From Spirochaetia bacterium (lineage in GTDB: Bacteria; Spirochaetota; Spirochaetia; SZUA-6; Bin103), in NCBI GenBank assembly GCA_965208575.1, contig CBDBOV010000005.1, positions 1,056,001 to 1,120,000 on the forward strand: a DNA stretch of 64,000 nt, given 5' to 3'. How positions within the stretch are numbered: the first letter of the stretch is position 1; the number at the start of each line of letters is the position of its first letter. Positions 38,701 through 47,288 of the stretch are shown here, one piece after another. The notes below the pieces were generated by a model. That model worked only from the letters and a program-made list of their open reading frames with translations. It searched no databases and was not told where the DNA came from. The position numbers and the translations under genes were made by a program.

Positions 38701-41700
38701 AGGTGTCGCTCACCGTGCCGCCGAAGCCGTCGCTCGCGGTCACCTTCACCGACAGCGTGCCGGCGTCGCCCGCCGCCGGCGTGCCCGAGAAGGCGCGGGT
38801 GCCCGCGGTGAAGCTCAGCCACGACGGCAGCGCGCTGTTGTCGGACTTGGTCGCGGTGTAGGTCAGGGTGTCGCCGGAGTCCGCGTCCGCGAAGGTGTTG
38901 GCCGGGAAGGCGTAGCTGAAGGCCGTGCCCGCCGCCGCCGTCTGGTCCGGGATGGCGTTCGCCACCGTGGGCGCGCTGTTGGACGCCTTCACCACAATGT
39001 TGAAGGTGTCGCTCACCGAAGCGAAGCCGTCGCTCGCGGTCACCTTCACCGACAGCGTGCCGGCGTCTGCCGACTGCGGCGTGCCCGAGAAGGTGCGGGT
39101 GCCCGCCGTGAAGGTCAGCCACGACGGCAGCGCGCCGCCGTCGGGCGTGGTCGGGGTGTAGGTCAGCGTGTCGCCGGTGTCGGTGTCCGCGAAGGTGTTG
39201 GCCGGGAAGGCGTAGCTGAAGGCCGTGCCCGCCACCGCGCCCCGGTCCGGGATGGCGTTCGCCACCGTCGGCGCGGTGTTGGACGCCTTCACCACGATGT
39301 CGAAGGTGTCGCTCACCGAAGCGAAGCCGTCGCTCGCGGTCACCTTCACCGACAGCGTGCCGGCGTTGGCCGACTGCGGCGTGCCCGAGAAGGTGCGGGT
39401 GCCCGGCGTGAAGGTCAGCCACACCGGCAGCGCGCTGCCGTCGAACTTGGTCGGGGTGTAGGTCAGCGTGTCGCCGGTGTCGGTGTCCGCGAAGGTGTTG
39501 GCCGGGAAGGCGTAGCTGAACGCCGTGCCCGCCACCGCCTTCCGGTCCGGGATGGCGTTCGCCACTGTCGGCGCGGTGTTGGACGCCTTCACCACGATGT
39601 CGAAGGTGTCGCTCACCGACGCCGTGCCGTCGCTCGCGGTCACCTTCACCGGCAGCGTGCCGGCGTTGGCCGTCTGCGGCGTGCCCGAGAAGGTGCGGGT
39701 GCTCGCGGTGAAGGTCAGCCACGACGGCAGCGCCGTGCCGTCGGACTTGGTCGCGCTGTAGACCAGGGTGTCGCCGGTGTCCTTGTCCGCGAAGGTGTTG
39801 GCCGGGAAGGCGTAGCTGAACGCCGTGCCCGCCACCGCCGCCTGGTCCGGGACGGCGTTCGCCACCGTCGGCGCGTTGTTGGACGTCTTCACCACGATGT
39901 CGAAGGTGTCGCTTACCGAAGCCTTGCCGTCGCTCGCGGTCACCTTCACCGACAGCGTGCCGATGTTCGCCGACTGCGGCGTGCCCGAGAAGGTGCGGGT
40001 GCCCGCGGTGAAGGTCAGCCACGACGGCAGCGCCGTGCCGTCGGACTTGGTCGCGGTGTAGGTCAGCGTGTCGCCGGAGTCCGCGTCCGCGAAGGTGTCG
40101 GCCGGGAAGGCGTAGCTGAACGCCGTGCCCGCCACCGCGACCCGGTCCGGGATGGCGTTCGCCACCGTGGGCGCGACGTTGACGGTGCGGATGTGCTTCC
40201 AGACCGACGGTGCGACACCGGTGGTATGCTTGATTCGCACCCAGTAGTCCGTGTTGACGGTCAGGCCGGTGAATGTGTGCTTCACATTATTGGTCCAGCC
40301 CGTCTCCGTGACCGTACTCGAGCCCGACGTGCAAAGCTCAAACCGGAAAGATGATAACCCCTGACGGATGTACGACACCGCGATGGTCGTAGCCGTCGAG
40401 ATCAAAGAGAAATGCTCCGCCCGGACATGGGGGGAGCTCGAGGCCGCGCAGGGCACGGACGTCCTCACCACGATGTCGAAGGTGTCGCTCACCGACGCCG
40501 TGCCGTCGCTCGCGGTCACCTTCACCGACAGCGTGCCGACGTTCGCCGTCTGCGGCGTGCCCGAGAAGGTGCGGGTGCCCGCGGTGAAGGTCAGCCACGA
40601 CGGCAGCGCGTTGCCGTCGGACTTGGTCGCGGTGTAGCCCAGGGTGTCGCCGGAGTCCGCGTCCGCGAAGGTGTTGGCCGGGAAGGCGTAGCTGAACGCC
40701 GTGCCCGCCTCCGCCGCCTGGTCCGGGATGGCGTTCGCCACCGTCGGCGCGTTGTTGGACGCCTTCACCACGATGTCGAAGGTGTCGCTTACCGAAGCCG
40801 TGCCGTCGCTCGCGGTCACCTTCACCGACAGCGTGCCGATGTTCGCCGACTGCGGCGTGCCCGAGAAGGTGCGGGTGCCCGCGGTGAAGGTCAGCCACGA
40901 CGGCAGCGCCGTGCCGTCGGACTTGGTCGTGGTGTAGGTCAGGGTGTCGCCGGAGTCGGTGTCCGCGAAGGTGTCGGCCGGGAAGGCGTAGCTGAACGCC
41001 GTGCCCGCCACCGCGACCCGGTCCGGGATGGCGTTCGCCACCGTGGGTGCGGCGTTGGCGGTGCGGATGTGCTGCCAGAGCGACGTGCCGCCATGAAAGA
41101 TTCGCACCCAGTGGTCCGTGTCGACGGTCAGGCCGGTGAATGTGTGCGTCGGATTGCGGCCGAGTGTCGTCGACGTGACCGTACTCGAGCCCGACGTGCA
41201 AAGCTCAAACCGGAAAGCGGTGGGCCCCTGAGAGATGTACGTCACCGTGATGGTCGTAGCCGTCGAGGTCGCCGAGAAGTGCTCCCTCTGGACATCGGGG
41301 TTGTTCTTGGCCGTGCAGGGCGGGGTCGGCTCGACGAAGATGTCGAAGGTGTCGCTCACCGACGCGATGCCGTCGCTCGCGGTCACCTTCACCGATACCG
41401 TGCCGACGTTCGCCGTCTGCGGCGTACCCGAGAAGGTGCGGGTGCTCGGCGTGAAGGTCAGCCACGACGGCAGCGCCGTGCCGTCGGACTTGGTCGCGGT
41501 GTAGCCCAGGGTGTCGCCGGAGTCGGTGTCCGCGAAGGTGTTGGCAGGGAAGGCGAAGCTGAAGGCCGTGCCCGTGTCCGCATCCTGGTCCGGGATGGCG
41601 TTCGCCACCGTGGGCGCGTTGTTGGACGACTTCACCACGATGTCGAAGGTGTCGCTCTTCACATCGACGCCGTACAACGCGGTCACCTTCACCGACAGCC

Positions 41701-42529
41701 TGCCGACGTTCCCCGGCCCCGGCGTACCCGAGAAGGTGCGGGTGCCCGGCGTGAAGGTCAGCCACGACGGCAGCGCCGTGTTGTTGGGCTTGGTGGCTTT
41801 GTATTTCAGCGTTTGGCCGGAGGCCGCGACCGCGAACGTGCTGGCCGGGAAGGCGTAGCTGAACGCCGTGCCCGCCAGCGCCGCCCGGTCCGGGATGGCG
41901 TTCGCCAACGTGGGCCTGACTCTGGCGTAGCCGAGGACCTCCATCTTGATGGACGCGCCGCCGCTTTCGCTGCCTGCCATTTTGCCAGTATTCCCAATGC
42001 TCCAGCCCGCGGCGCCGCCGCTGTCCTCGTTGTCGCTCTGGGTTGCGTCAACACGGACCTTGGCGCCGAAGAGCTGCACCCAGTACGTCGTGTTGGGACT
42101 CAGTGAGCCGCTCCCGACGAACAGTGCGTTCTGAAAGGAACCGGACAGGGCCGGACTCCGCGGCGTGGTAATGAGGGTGCCGGCGCGGCCCCCCTGGCGT
42201 ATCGTCATATCGTAAGAGCCGGGGGAACTAGTTGCCCGCTTGGCTACGAGCTTCACGCCCCGCAATACATAGCCCAAGGCGTTGCTGCCGGTCGTGAACG
42301 ACGTGTCCGTGCTAGCGAAAGTGATGTTGCCGTCGCCCCACGACGTCTGGCCGAGGTTGGAGACCAGCTTGGCCGTGGTCTGCGCCTCGGCGGTGTGCGC
42401 GCCCGGCAGCAGGAACAGCGCCGCCGCGAGCAGGCACACGCCCAGCGGCGCGAGGCGGGCGAGGCCGGGAGGCCGGAGTCGGGAAAGAAAGCGGGGAGGC
42501 GATGCGGAAAGAATGGACGGGGCCGTCAC
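35777..42529 (-). CDS. Giant autotransporter-like surface protein: signal peptide, nine putative Ig/cadherin-like repeats, two FN3-like inserts, SwmB-like and PKD-like domains, C-terminal beta-barrel
   Basis: AEA-Q signal cleavage; PTVANAIPD...LPSWLTF...TRTFSGTP repeats; ADAGADLAV-VTLDG PKD motif; WSVWGRG-type autotransporter barrel. Confidence 0.85.
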   Translation of the reverse strand: MTAPSILSASPPRFLSRLRPPGLARLAPLGVCLLAAALFLLPGAHTAEAQTTAKLVSNLGQTSWGDGNITFASTDTSFTTGSNALGYVLRGVKLVAKRATSSPGSYDMTIRQGGRAGTLITTPRSPALSGSFQNALFVGSGSLSPNTTYWVQLFGAKVRVDATQSDNEDSGGAAGWSIGNTGKMAGSESGGASIKMEVLGYARVRPTLANAIPDRAALAGTAFSYAFPASTFAVAASGQTLKYKATKPNNTALPSWLTFTPGTRTFSGTPGPGNVGRLSVKVTALYGVDVKSDTFDIVVKSSNNAPTVANAIPDQDADTGTAFSFAFPANTFADTDSGDTLGYTATKSDGTALPSWLTFTPSTRTFSGTPQTANVGTVSVKVTASDGIASVSDTFDIFVEPTPPCTAKNNPDVQREHFSATSTATTITVTYISQGPTAFRFELCTSGSSTVTSTTLGRNPTHTFTGLTVDTDHWVRIFHGGTSLWQHIRTANAAPTVANAIPDRVAVAGTAFSYAFPADTFADTDSGDTLTYTTTKSDGTALPSWLTFTAGTRTFSGTPQSANIGTLSVKVTASDGTASVSDTFDIVVKASNNAPTVANAIPDQAAEAGTAFSYAFPANTFADADSGDTLGYTATKSDGNALPSWLTFTAGTRTFSGTPQTANVGTLSVKVTASDGTASVSDTFDIVVRTSVPCAASSSPHVRAEHFSLISTATTIAVSYIRQGLSSFRFELCTSGSSTVTETGWTNNVKHTFTGLTVNTDYWVRIKHTTGVAPSVWKHIRTVNVAPTVANAIPDRVAVAGTAFSYAFPADTFADADSGDTLTYTATKSDGTALPSWLTFTAGTRTFSGTPQSANIGTLSVKVTASDGKASVSDTFDIVVKTSNNAPTVANAVPDQAAVAGTAFSYAFPANTFADKDTGDTLVYSATKSDGTALPSWLTFTASTRTFSGTPQTANAGTLPVKVTASDGTASVSDTFDIVVKASNTAPTVANAIPDRKAVAGTAFSYAFPANTFADTDTGDTLTYTPTKFDGSALPVWLTFTPGTRTFSGTPQSANAGTLSVKVTASDGFASVSDTFDIVVKASNTAPTVANAIPDRGAVAGTAFSYAFPANTFADTDTGDTLTYTPTTPDGGALPSWLTFTAGTRTFSGTPQSADAGTLSVKVTASDGFASVSDTFNIVVKASNSAPTVANAIPDQTAAAGTAFSYAFPANTFADADSGDTLTYTATKSDNSALPSWLSFTAGTRAFSGTPAAGDAGTLSVKVTASDGFGGTVSDTFDIVVAASNNAPTVTGVAIWSTPSLDTDDSGTPETYGQTEKIRVQVTFSEAVTVTGTPRLTIKMDPNYGEIRANYESGSGSTVLTFAHTVVDPNRSSVGIAVLENTLALNGGTIRAGTVNAVLGHAGLAHDAGHKVDWRIAGTPQQPPQPPQPRDTTPPRVSAAPTVDGATLTIVFDERLAGGAVPPAAFEVMVGGGDRVTPSAVEGDRVQGPAQGHGARGGDRVTPSAVEVDNRVTPGKVTLTLPAAVAHGETVEVRYTRPAAHDTRLRDVAGNAVADFTRTVTNETPAPPPGSPVADAGADLAVDPGASVTLDGTGSTDPDGEVLTYAWSRVSGAAVTLFATAARTTFRAPERPGALEFQLTVTDPGGLSDSDRVTVTVRDLAPSFGAARVPSLVLVPGEAMAPVVLPEATGGNGALSYALTSDPAGLAGLSVDAATRTLSGTPAAEAAGRYVFTWRADDADDNRADADAAVLTFAVAVIDPRTAQVKRAVRHTLAAVAHQVLTSALGNIGARFAASVPASGLTLAGETVPFEVSGAGAGLAAREQACAPGSAGGHRLGPVGGGAARDGCAPVAERSRTGEVSELLPASAFSLTLGAAEGSGISSPSPLWSVWGRGDLGAFAGRPEAGMRYEGELRTGWLGIDVRVGPWVAGLAVSHGTGETDYRFDGAAGSGDGRLETELTALYPYGRWTLADGLELRGVLGAGRGVARHRLDGGEWETGGLTMGMASAGVRYGLPTLATVDLAVRADASIARMVTEDGPDYVDGLTADSWRARLGLEASRRIALHGDTALTPFVEAAGRQDGGDGLEGTGLEVAGGLRLEAPRLHIEARGRWLAAHSEEGAEERGLSMTARMGPGAHGRGLSLMLSPRWGAGTGGAEALWRDELPTAAGAPPGDAGALDARIGYGVGAASHGLLTPFAEAGLADDDWRLRLGTRFEAEHMNLGVELAGEHREGGAAGPEQMLKLDLKLRH
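38690..41915 (-). repeat. Intragenic ~300-bp tandem repeats (9 copies, arranged 2 + FN3 + 2 + FN3 + 5)
   Basis: Near-identical nucleotide units recurring every 300 bp (e.g. 38925, 39225, 39525, 39825). Confidence 0.92.
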
Positions 42530-42573
42530 GACGGCGCGTCCGGCAGGTGCCGAGCGGGCGCACCGGTGGGCTC

Positions 42574-42592
42574 GGGGGGGGGGGGGGGGGGG
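42574..42592. repeat. G19 homopolymer (C19 on the coding strand) at the 5' end of the autotransporter
   Basis: Directly visible run of 19 G. Confidence 0.9.
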
Positions 42593-42849
42593 ATTATGCC
42601 GTCGGTAAGGCCTGCCATGTCAAGCTGTTTCCGCGCTTCGCTCACCATCATTCGCCTGCTCCCCGGCCGGCAACGCCAACACTCTGCTCACGCGGCATCG
42701 GCGCGGCGCTGCAACACGCAGGGCAACCCGATTGAATCTTACCACTTTGCACGTCGATATTGTGTGAAAGATACGTGAATATTTTGCGATTTTGCGTGTC
42801 AATTTAGGGATTTAGGAGGGGTATTCGATATATCTCAGGCCGCGACCGA

Positions 42850-43052
42850 GACGGCAGCCGCCGGCAGCGAGGTGAGCGTGGGCGGATTCTCCATCGAGCA
42901 GTTGCTCCAAAGCGGCGAGACGATACGCGCCGGAGGAGGTGGTGCTGTCGGTGCCCGACGGGCGCAGCGTGCGGGCGCTGGTCAACGCCACGCCGATCCG
43001 CGCCGGGGAGGGGAATGCCATCGGCTCGGTGGCGGTGACCGTGCAGGACCGG
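42850..43052 (+). pseudogene. Frameshifted fragment of a PAS-domain sensor/regulator
   Basis: GSEVSVGGFSIEQLLQSGETIRA, then a +1 shift to EEVVLSVPDGRSVRALVNATPIRAGEGNAIGSVAVTVQD, a PAS/PAC-like C-terminal motif. Confidence 0.55.
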
Positions 43053-43083
43053 GCCGGGTTCGCCGCGGCTCGTCCAGCTCGCG

Positions 43084-43860
43084 CTAGTGCATGGTGGAGC
43101 CGCCGGACAGGTTGAGGGCCTGGCCGGTCATGCCGCGGGCGGCGTCGGAGGCGAGATAGACCGCCAACTCGGCGATCTCCTCCGGCTCCAGCAGGCGGCC
43201 CATCGGGTTGATGTTGGCCTCGACTTCGGCCACCGGCGCGCCGCGCAACTCCGCGTCCACCTTGAGGCGCCGCAGCATCATGACGGTGCGGGTGGCGCCG
43301 GGGCAGATGGCGTTGACCGTCACGCCGGTGCCGGCCGTTTCCAGGGCGGCGGTGCGGGTCAGGCCGATCAGGCCGTGCTTGGTAGCGGTATAGGCGCCGC
43401 CGGCCAGCAGGCCGCGCTTGCCCGCCACCGAGGCCATGTTGATCACCCGGCCCCAGCCCCGCTCGATCATCGCCGGCACCAGCGCCTTGGCGAGCAGGTA
43501 GGGCGCCGTCAGGTTGATTGCCAGGCTCAGGTCCCAGAAGGCGTCGTCATAGTCGACGATGCGGTGCGGGGAAGCGTTGCTGCCGATGCCGGCGTTGTTC
43601 ACCAGGATGTCGACCGCCGGAAAGTGGCTTGCCACCCGTTCCGGTAGCGCGATCGCCGCGGCGCGGTCGCTCAGGTCGACCTCCAGGGCCGCCGCGGAGC
43701 GGCCCAGGGCGGTAACTTCCGCCGCCACCTGTTCGATCTCCGCGGCGGTGCGCGCCGTCACCGCCACGTCCGCCCCCTCGCGGGCGAACGCCAGCGCGAC
43801 GGCGCGTCCGATGCCGCGTCCCGCGCCGGTTACCAGCGCGACTTTGTCCTGCAGTCTCAT
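43084..43860 (-). CDS. Short-chain dehydrogenase/reductase (3-hydroxybutyrate DH/FabG-like)
   Basis: TGAGRGIG, NNAG, YTATK and VNAICPG. Confidence 0.9.
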   Translation of the reverse strand: MRLQDKVALVTGAGRGIGRAVALAFAREGADVAVTARTAAEIEQVAAEVTALGRSAAALEVDLSDRAAAIALPERVASHFPAVDILVNNAGIGSNASPHRIVDYDDAFWDLSLAINLTAPYLLAKALVPAMIERGWGRVINMASVAGKRGLLAGGAYTATKHGLIGLTRTAALETAGTGVTVNAICPGATRTVMMLRRLKVDAELRGAPVAEVEANINPMGRLLEPEEIAELAVYLASDAARGMTGQALNLSGGSTMH

Positions 43861-44024
43861 GACCCGGCATTGAACCATCTTCGCCGTTGCGACAGAAGTA
43901 CCTGCCGTGTTGTGCGCCGCGGTGTGGGTGGCGGTCGACCGTGGTGATGGCGCAGCGGTTGACGAACATGGCCACCAGTGGGGATCGTGCGGGCACCATG
44001 GCTGATCGGGTAGTGAGGTTTTTC

Positions 44025-44150
44025 GCCGAAGTGCTGGCGCCCGGCGACCCGGAGCGGCGCGCCCGCACGGCCCGCTCCCGTGACGGCATCACCCTGCCCG
44101 CTGACGTGTGGCAAGCGCTGAATGACACCTCCGCCGCCGTAGGGGCGGCC
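44025..44150 (+). pseudogene. C-terminal remnant of an Ldh_2 (malate/L-lactate dehydrogenase 2) family gene
   Basis: EVLAPGDPERRARTARSRDGITLPADVWQAL matches the typical family C-terminus; no N-terminal part present. Confidence 0.45.
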
Positions 44151-44245
44151 GCGCCGCAGGTCGGCCGTGAACGCGGCCATTGCCAAGAGGAAAGAAAGGA
44201 AGTAAGATATCCTTGCTGTAGCCGTGTGGCTCAGGGAGGTGCTTC

Positions 44246-44470
44246 GTGGTCGCCAAGCTCACGTCAAAGAATCAGCTTACGCTGCCGAGGGCGGTCGTCG
44301 CTAACTTTCGCGGATACGAGTATTTCGAAGTCGGCCAAGAACATGGACGCATTCTGCTGACCCCGGTGCGGCTCAACCGCGCCGCCGCCGTGCGTGCCAA
44401 GCTGGCTGAACTCGGTGTTTCGGAAGGTGACCTCGCCGATGCCGTGGAGTGGGCGCGAACGGCTGACTGA
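44246..44470 (+). CDS. AbrB/MazE-type antitoxin
   Basis: AKLTSKNQLTLPRAV and GRILLTP; GGAGG RBS. Confidence 0.85.
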   Translation: MVAKLTSKNQLTLPRAVVANFRGYEYFEVGQEHGRILLTPVRLNRAAAVRAKLAELGVSEGDLADAVEWARTAD

Positions 44471-44475
44471 TCCCG

Positions 44476-44889
44476 GTGCGGGTGGTAATGGACACCAATG
44501 TCCTCCTCTCGGCGCTCCTGTTCCCGTCCGCGTCGCTGTCGTGGCTGCGTGAGGCTTGGCAGTCCAATCTCATCGTCCCGTTGGCAAGCCGCGTCACGAT
44601 CTCGGAGTTGTTGCGGGTCCTGCACTACCCGAAGTTCCGCTTGACCGCCGCTGAACGGGAGGACCTGCTGGCGGACTACCTGCCCTGGGTCGAGTCGGTG
44701 GTGGTGTCGACGCCACCCGCCGTCCCGCCGTGCCGTGATCCGAAGGATCGTCCGTTCCTGGAGCTGGCGCTGGCCGGCAACGCTGACGTGCTCGTAACCG
44801 GCGACGGCGACCTGCAGGATCTGGCCAGTCGTTTCGCAGTTCCGATTCTCGCACCCGCTGCCGCGAAGGCTCGCCTCGTGCAGGAGTGA
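44476..44889 (+). CDS. PIN-domain toxin (VapC-like)
   Basis: RVVMDTNVLLSALL, CRDPKDRPFLELA and LVTGDGDL. Confidence 0.88.
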   Translation: MRVVMDTNVLLSALLFPSASLSWLREAWQSNLIVPLASRVTISELLRVLHYPKFRLTAAEREDLLADYLPWVESVVVSTPPAVPPCRDPKDRPFLELALAGNADVLVTGDGDLQDLASRFAVPILAPAAAKARLVQE

Positions 44890-44913
44890 GGATCGCTTCC
44901 GACGCGACCGAGT

Positions 44914-46566
44914 TCAACGACGCGGCTGGCGGGTGCCCATCGGTTCGAGGCGGCAGCCGTCGACGAATACTTCGAAGAAGTCGGAGGCGGTCTCCAACTC
45001 TACGTGCTCGATTCCGGCGACCAGCTCTTCCAGGGCGCGCCGCCTGGACACCGACAGCAGCACCTCGCGGGTGCCGCGCAGGGCGGCGTTGCCGATCTTG
45101 ACGATCCGATGTTCGGCTACCGGCGCCAGGAACCCGATGTCGATGGCGCTGTGCACGTCCACGTAGTTGGCGAAGCCGCCGGCCAGGTACAGGCGGTCCA
45201 CCTCGTGCGGCGCCACGCCGAGGGCTCGCGTGACGATGAGCTGTCCGCAGTAGTTGGCCGCCTTGGCCTGCGCCAGGTTGCTGGCGTCCAGGCGTGAGAA
45301 GGTGATGCCGTACTCCGGCACCACCGCGACTTCCCTGGCGCGGCGGTCGTGGGTGAACACGCCCTTGGCGGTCATCTTGCCGTGGCGGCGCAACTCGGCG
45401 AGCAGGTCGATCAGGCCGGATCCGCAGATGCCTTCCGGGGCGGCCTCGCCGATGGTGTGGTAGCGGAACCGGTCGCCGCACCAGCGCAGCCGCTCGATGG
45501 CGCCCTCGTAGGCGGGCATGCCGTAGCCCACCAGGCCGCCCTCGAACGCCGGCCCGGCGGGGCAGGAGGCGGCGATCATGCGTCCGTCCAGGTTGGCCAC
45601 CACCTCGGTGTTGGTGCCCACGTCGACCAGCATCGTCAGGCCGCTCTGTCCCGCCATGTCCATCGCCACCAGGTCGGCCGCGGTGTCGGCGCCGACGTGG
45701 CTGGCGATCAGCGGCAGGCCGTACACGCGCGCCTGCGGATGGACGATCAGGCCGAGCGGGCGCGGCAGGCTGGACAGCGCGGTGGTGGTGCGCTCGCCGT
45801 CCCGGAACTGGTGCTCGACGTGCGACTTGTACGGTTTCTGACCGAGCGTTTGCACGTCGATGCCGAACACCAGGTCGCGCATGGTGGAGTTGCCGGCGAT
45901 GGCGATTTCGTAGATCTGCCGCCGCCTGGTGCCGAGCTCCCGCCCGATGTCCACGATGGCGCTGTTGATGCCGCTGACGATGGCCGCCTGCAGCTCGCCG
46001 CGGAACGCGCCGCCGTCGTAGGAGACGCGGTTCATGATGTCGCTGCCGGCGAACAGTTGCGGGTTCCCGAACGAGCTCACCTGCAGCGTGTCGCCGTTCT
46101 CCAGGTCGACCAGCTCCATGGCAACGGTGGTGGTGCCCACGTCCACGGCCAGGCCGAGCATGCGCCCGTGGTAGCGGTCGATGGGTTCGCCGTCCAGGTA
46201 GACGCCGTCGCCGCGGCGCGTCACCGCCGGGTCGATCGCCGCCGCGCCAGTGTACCCGGGCGCGGCGGAGACGCCGGCCGTGAGCACGCGCGGCTGGCGG
46301 CGCAGCGGCGCGAATTCGATGTCGGTACCGGCGTTCTCCACCACCGCCTGGCAGGCGAGGCGAAACGGGTCGCGCAGGAATTGCTCCGCCTCGGTGCGCT
46401 CGCACAGCGCCGCCATGCCGGCCTCGACCTGTACCACGCACTCGTGGCAGGTGCCGGCACGCCCGCACGAGGTGGCGACGCGCACGGCCAACTCGTCGGC
46501 GTAGTCGAACACGGTCCGGCCGCGCTTCAGTTCGCGTACGTCGTTGTCGTGAGTGATGGTACCCAT
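44914..46566 (-). CDS. Reductive activator of corrinoid proteins (RACo/RamA-like ASKHA ATPase with N-terminal [2Fe-2S])
   Basis: SCGRAGTCHEC...RLACQ, DVGTTT, HVGAD, DVGTNTE, AGPAFEG, GICGSG and IGNAAL. Confidence 0.88.
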   Translation of the reverse strand: MGTITHDNDVRELKRGRTVFDYADELAVRVATSCGRAGTCHECVVQVEAGMAALCERTEAEQFLRDPFRLACQAVVENAGTDIEFAPLRRQPRVLTAGVSAAPGYTGAAAIDPAVTRRGDGVYLDGEPIDRYHGRMLGLAVDVGTTTVAMELVDLENGDTLQVSSFGNPQLFAGSDIMNRVSYDGGAFRGELQAAIVSGINSAIVDIGRELGTRRRQIYEIAIAGNSTMRDLVFGIDVQTLGQKPYKSHVEHQFRDGERTTTALSSLPRPLGLIVHPQARVYGLPLIASHVGADTAADLVAMDMAGQSGLTMLVDVGTNTEVVANLDGRMIAASCPAGPAFEGGLVGYGMPAYEGAIERLRWCGDRFRYHTIGEAAPEGICGSGLIDLLAELRRHGKMTAKGVFTHDRRAREVAVVPEYGITFSRLDASNLAQAKAANYCGQLIVTRALGVAPHEVDRLYLAGGFANYVDVHSAIDIGFLAPVAEHRIVKIGNAALRGTREVLLSVSRRRALEELVAGIEHVELETASDFFEVFVDGCRLEPMGTRQPRR

Positions 46567-46582
46567 GCCGCGGGCCGGCGAT

Positions 46583-46870
46583 TCAGCTTGCGTCGGCGTC
46601 GCAGGACGGGTCGGTTTCCCACGCGCCGCGGTAGTCGAGCTTGTCGTCGCCGCCGCACATCAGGAGCTCGCCGCCGGGGCGCGGCCGGCGCTGGTTGCGG
46701 CAGCCGAACTTGGCCGTGCACTCGTCGTGGCGGTTCTTGTACGGGCAGCGGAAGCTGGCCTGCACCATGGCGTGATCGGCCATTGCGGACAGGATGGTGC
46801 TGAGCCGTTCGCGCCGCCGCTCCCATGCCGCCGCGTCCACTTCACGGGCACCGTGCGAGCGCTCACTCAC
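46583..46870 (-). CDS. Small Cys-rich hypothetical protein
   Basis: CPYKNRHDECTAKFGCRNQ...LMCGGDD; GTG start overlapping the upstream stop; tight operon spacing. Confidence 0.6.
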   Translation of the reverse strand: MSERSHGAREVDAAAWERRRERLSTILSAMADHAMVQASFRCPYKNRHDECTAKFGCRNQRRPRPGGELLMCGGDDKLDYRGAWETDPSCDADAS

Positions 46871-47288
46871 TGCTGCGGAACCCATGCCAGCCTGGCACCG
46901 CCGCCGCCTGCCGGATCCACTCCGCCATCTGGCGCTCGTCGAGCTTGCCTTCGTAGATGTCGACCCAGCGTCCGTCCGGGTCCTTGCCGGAACCGGGTGG
47001 CTCAGGATGCAGCGCCGCACCGTTGAAAAAGGTCACCTTCACGTAGCGGGTCAGGACGTGGTAGCTCGCGAACCATCCCTGGCCCGCGACGCCGTAGAAC
47101 GGCGAGTTCCACCGCACCGCCTTGCACACGTCCGGCACGATTCGCACGATGAGGTCGTCGAGCCGGCGCCCGACGGCGCTCTTCCAGCCCGGCATGGCCG
47201 CGATGTAGGCCTGCACCGGCGCGTCGCCGTCGGCCTTGGCGATCTGCGGGTTGCCGCCCGACAGAAGGACCGGTTTTCCGTCAATCAT
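46863..47288 (-). CDS. DUF1801 domain protein
   Basis: LLSGGNPQIAKADGDAPVQAYIAAMPGWK, KAVRWNSPFYG and WIRQAAAVPGW. Confidence 0.82.
   Translation of the reverse strand: MIDGKPVLLSGGNPQIAKADGDAPVQAYIAAMPGWKSAVGRRLDDLIVRIVPDVCKAVRWNSPFYGVAGQGWFASYHVLTRYVKVTFFNGAALHPEPPGSGKDPDGRWVDIYEGKLDERQMAEWIRQAAAVPGWHGFRSSE

Noticed and set aside
38690-41915. CRISPR array or DGR template/variable repeats
   Set aside because: Repeats are 300-bp in-frame coding units without spacers; no cas or reverse transcriptase gene; differences are not adenine-specific
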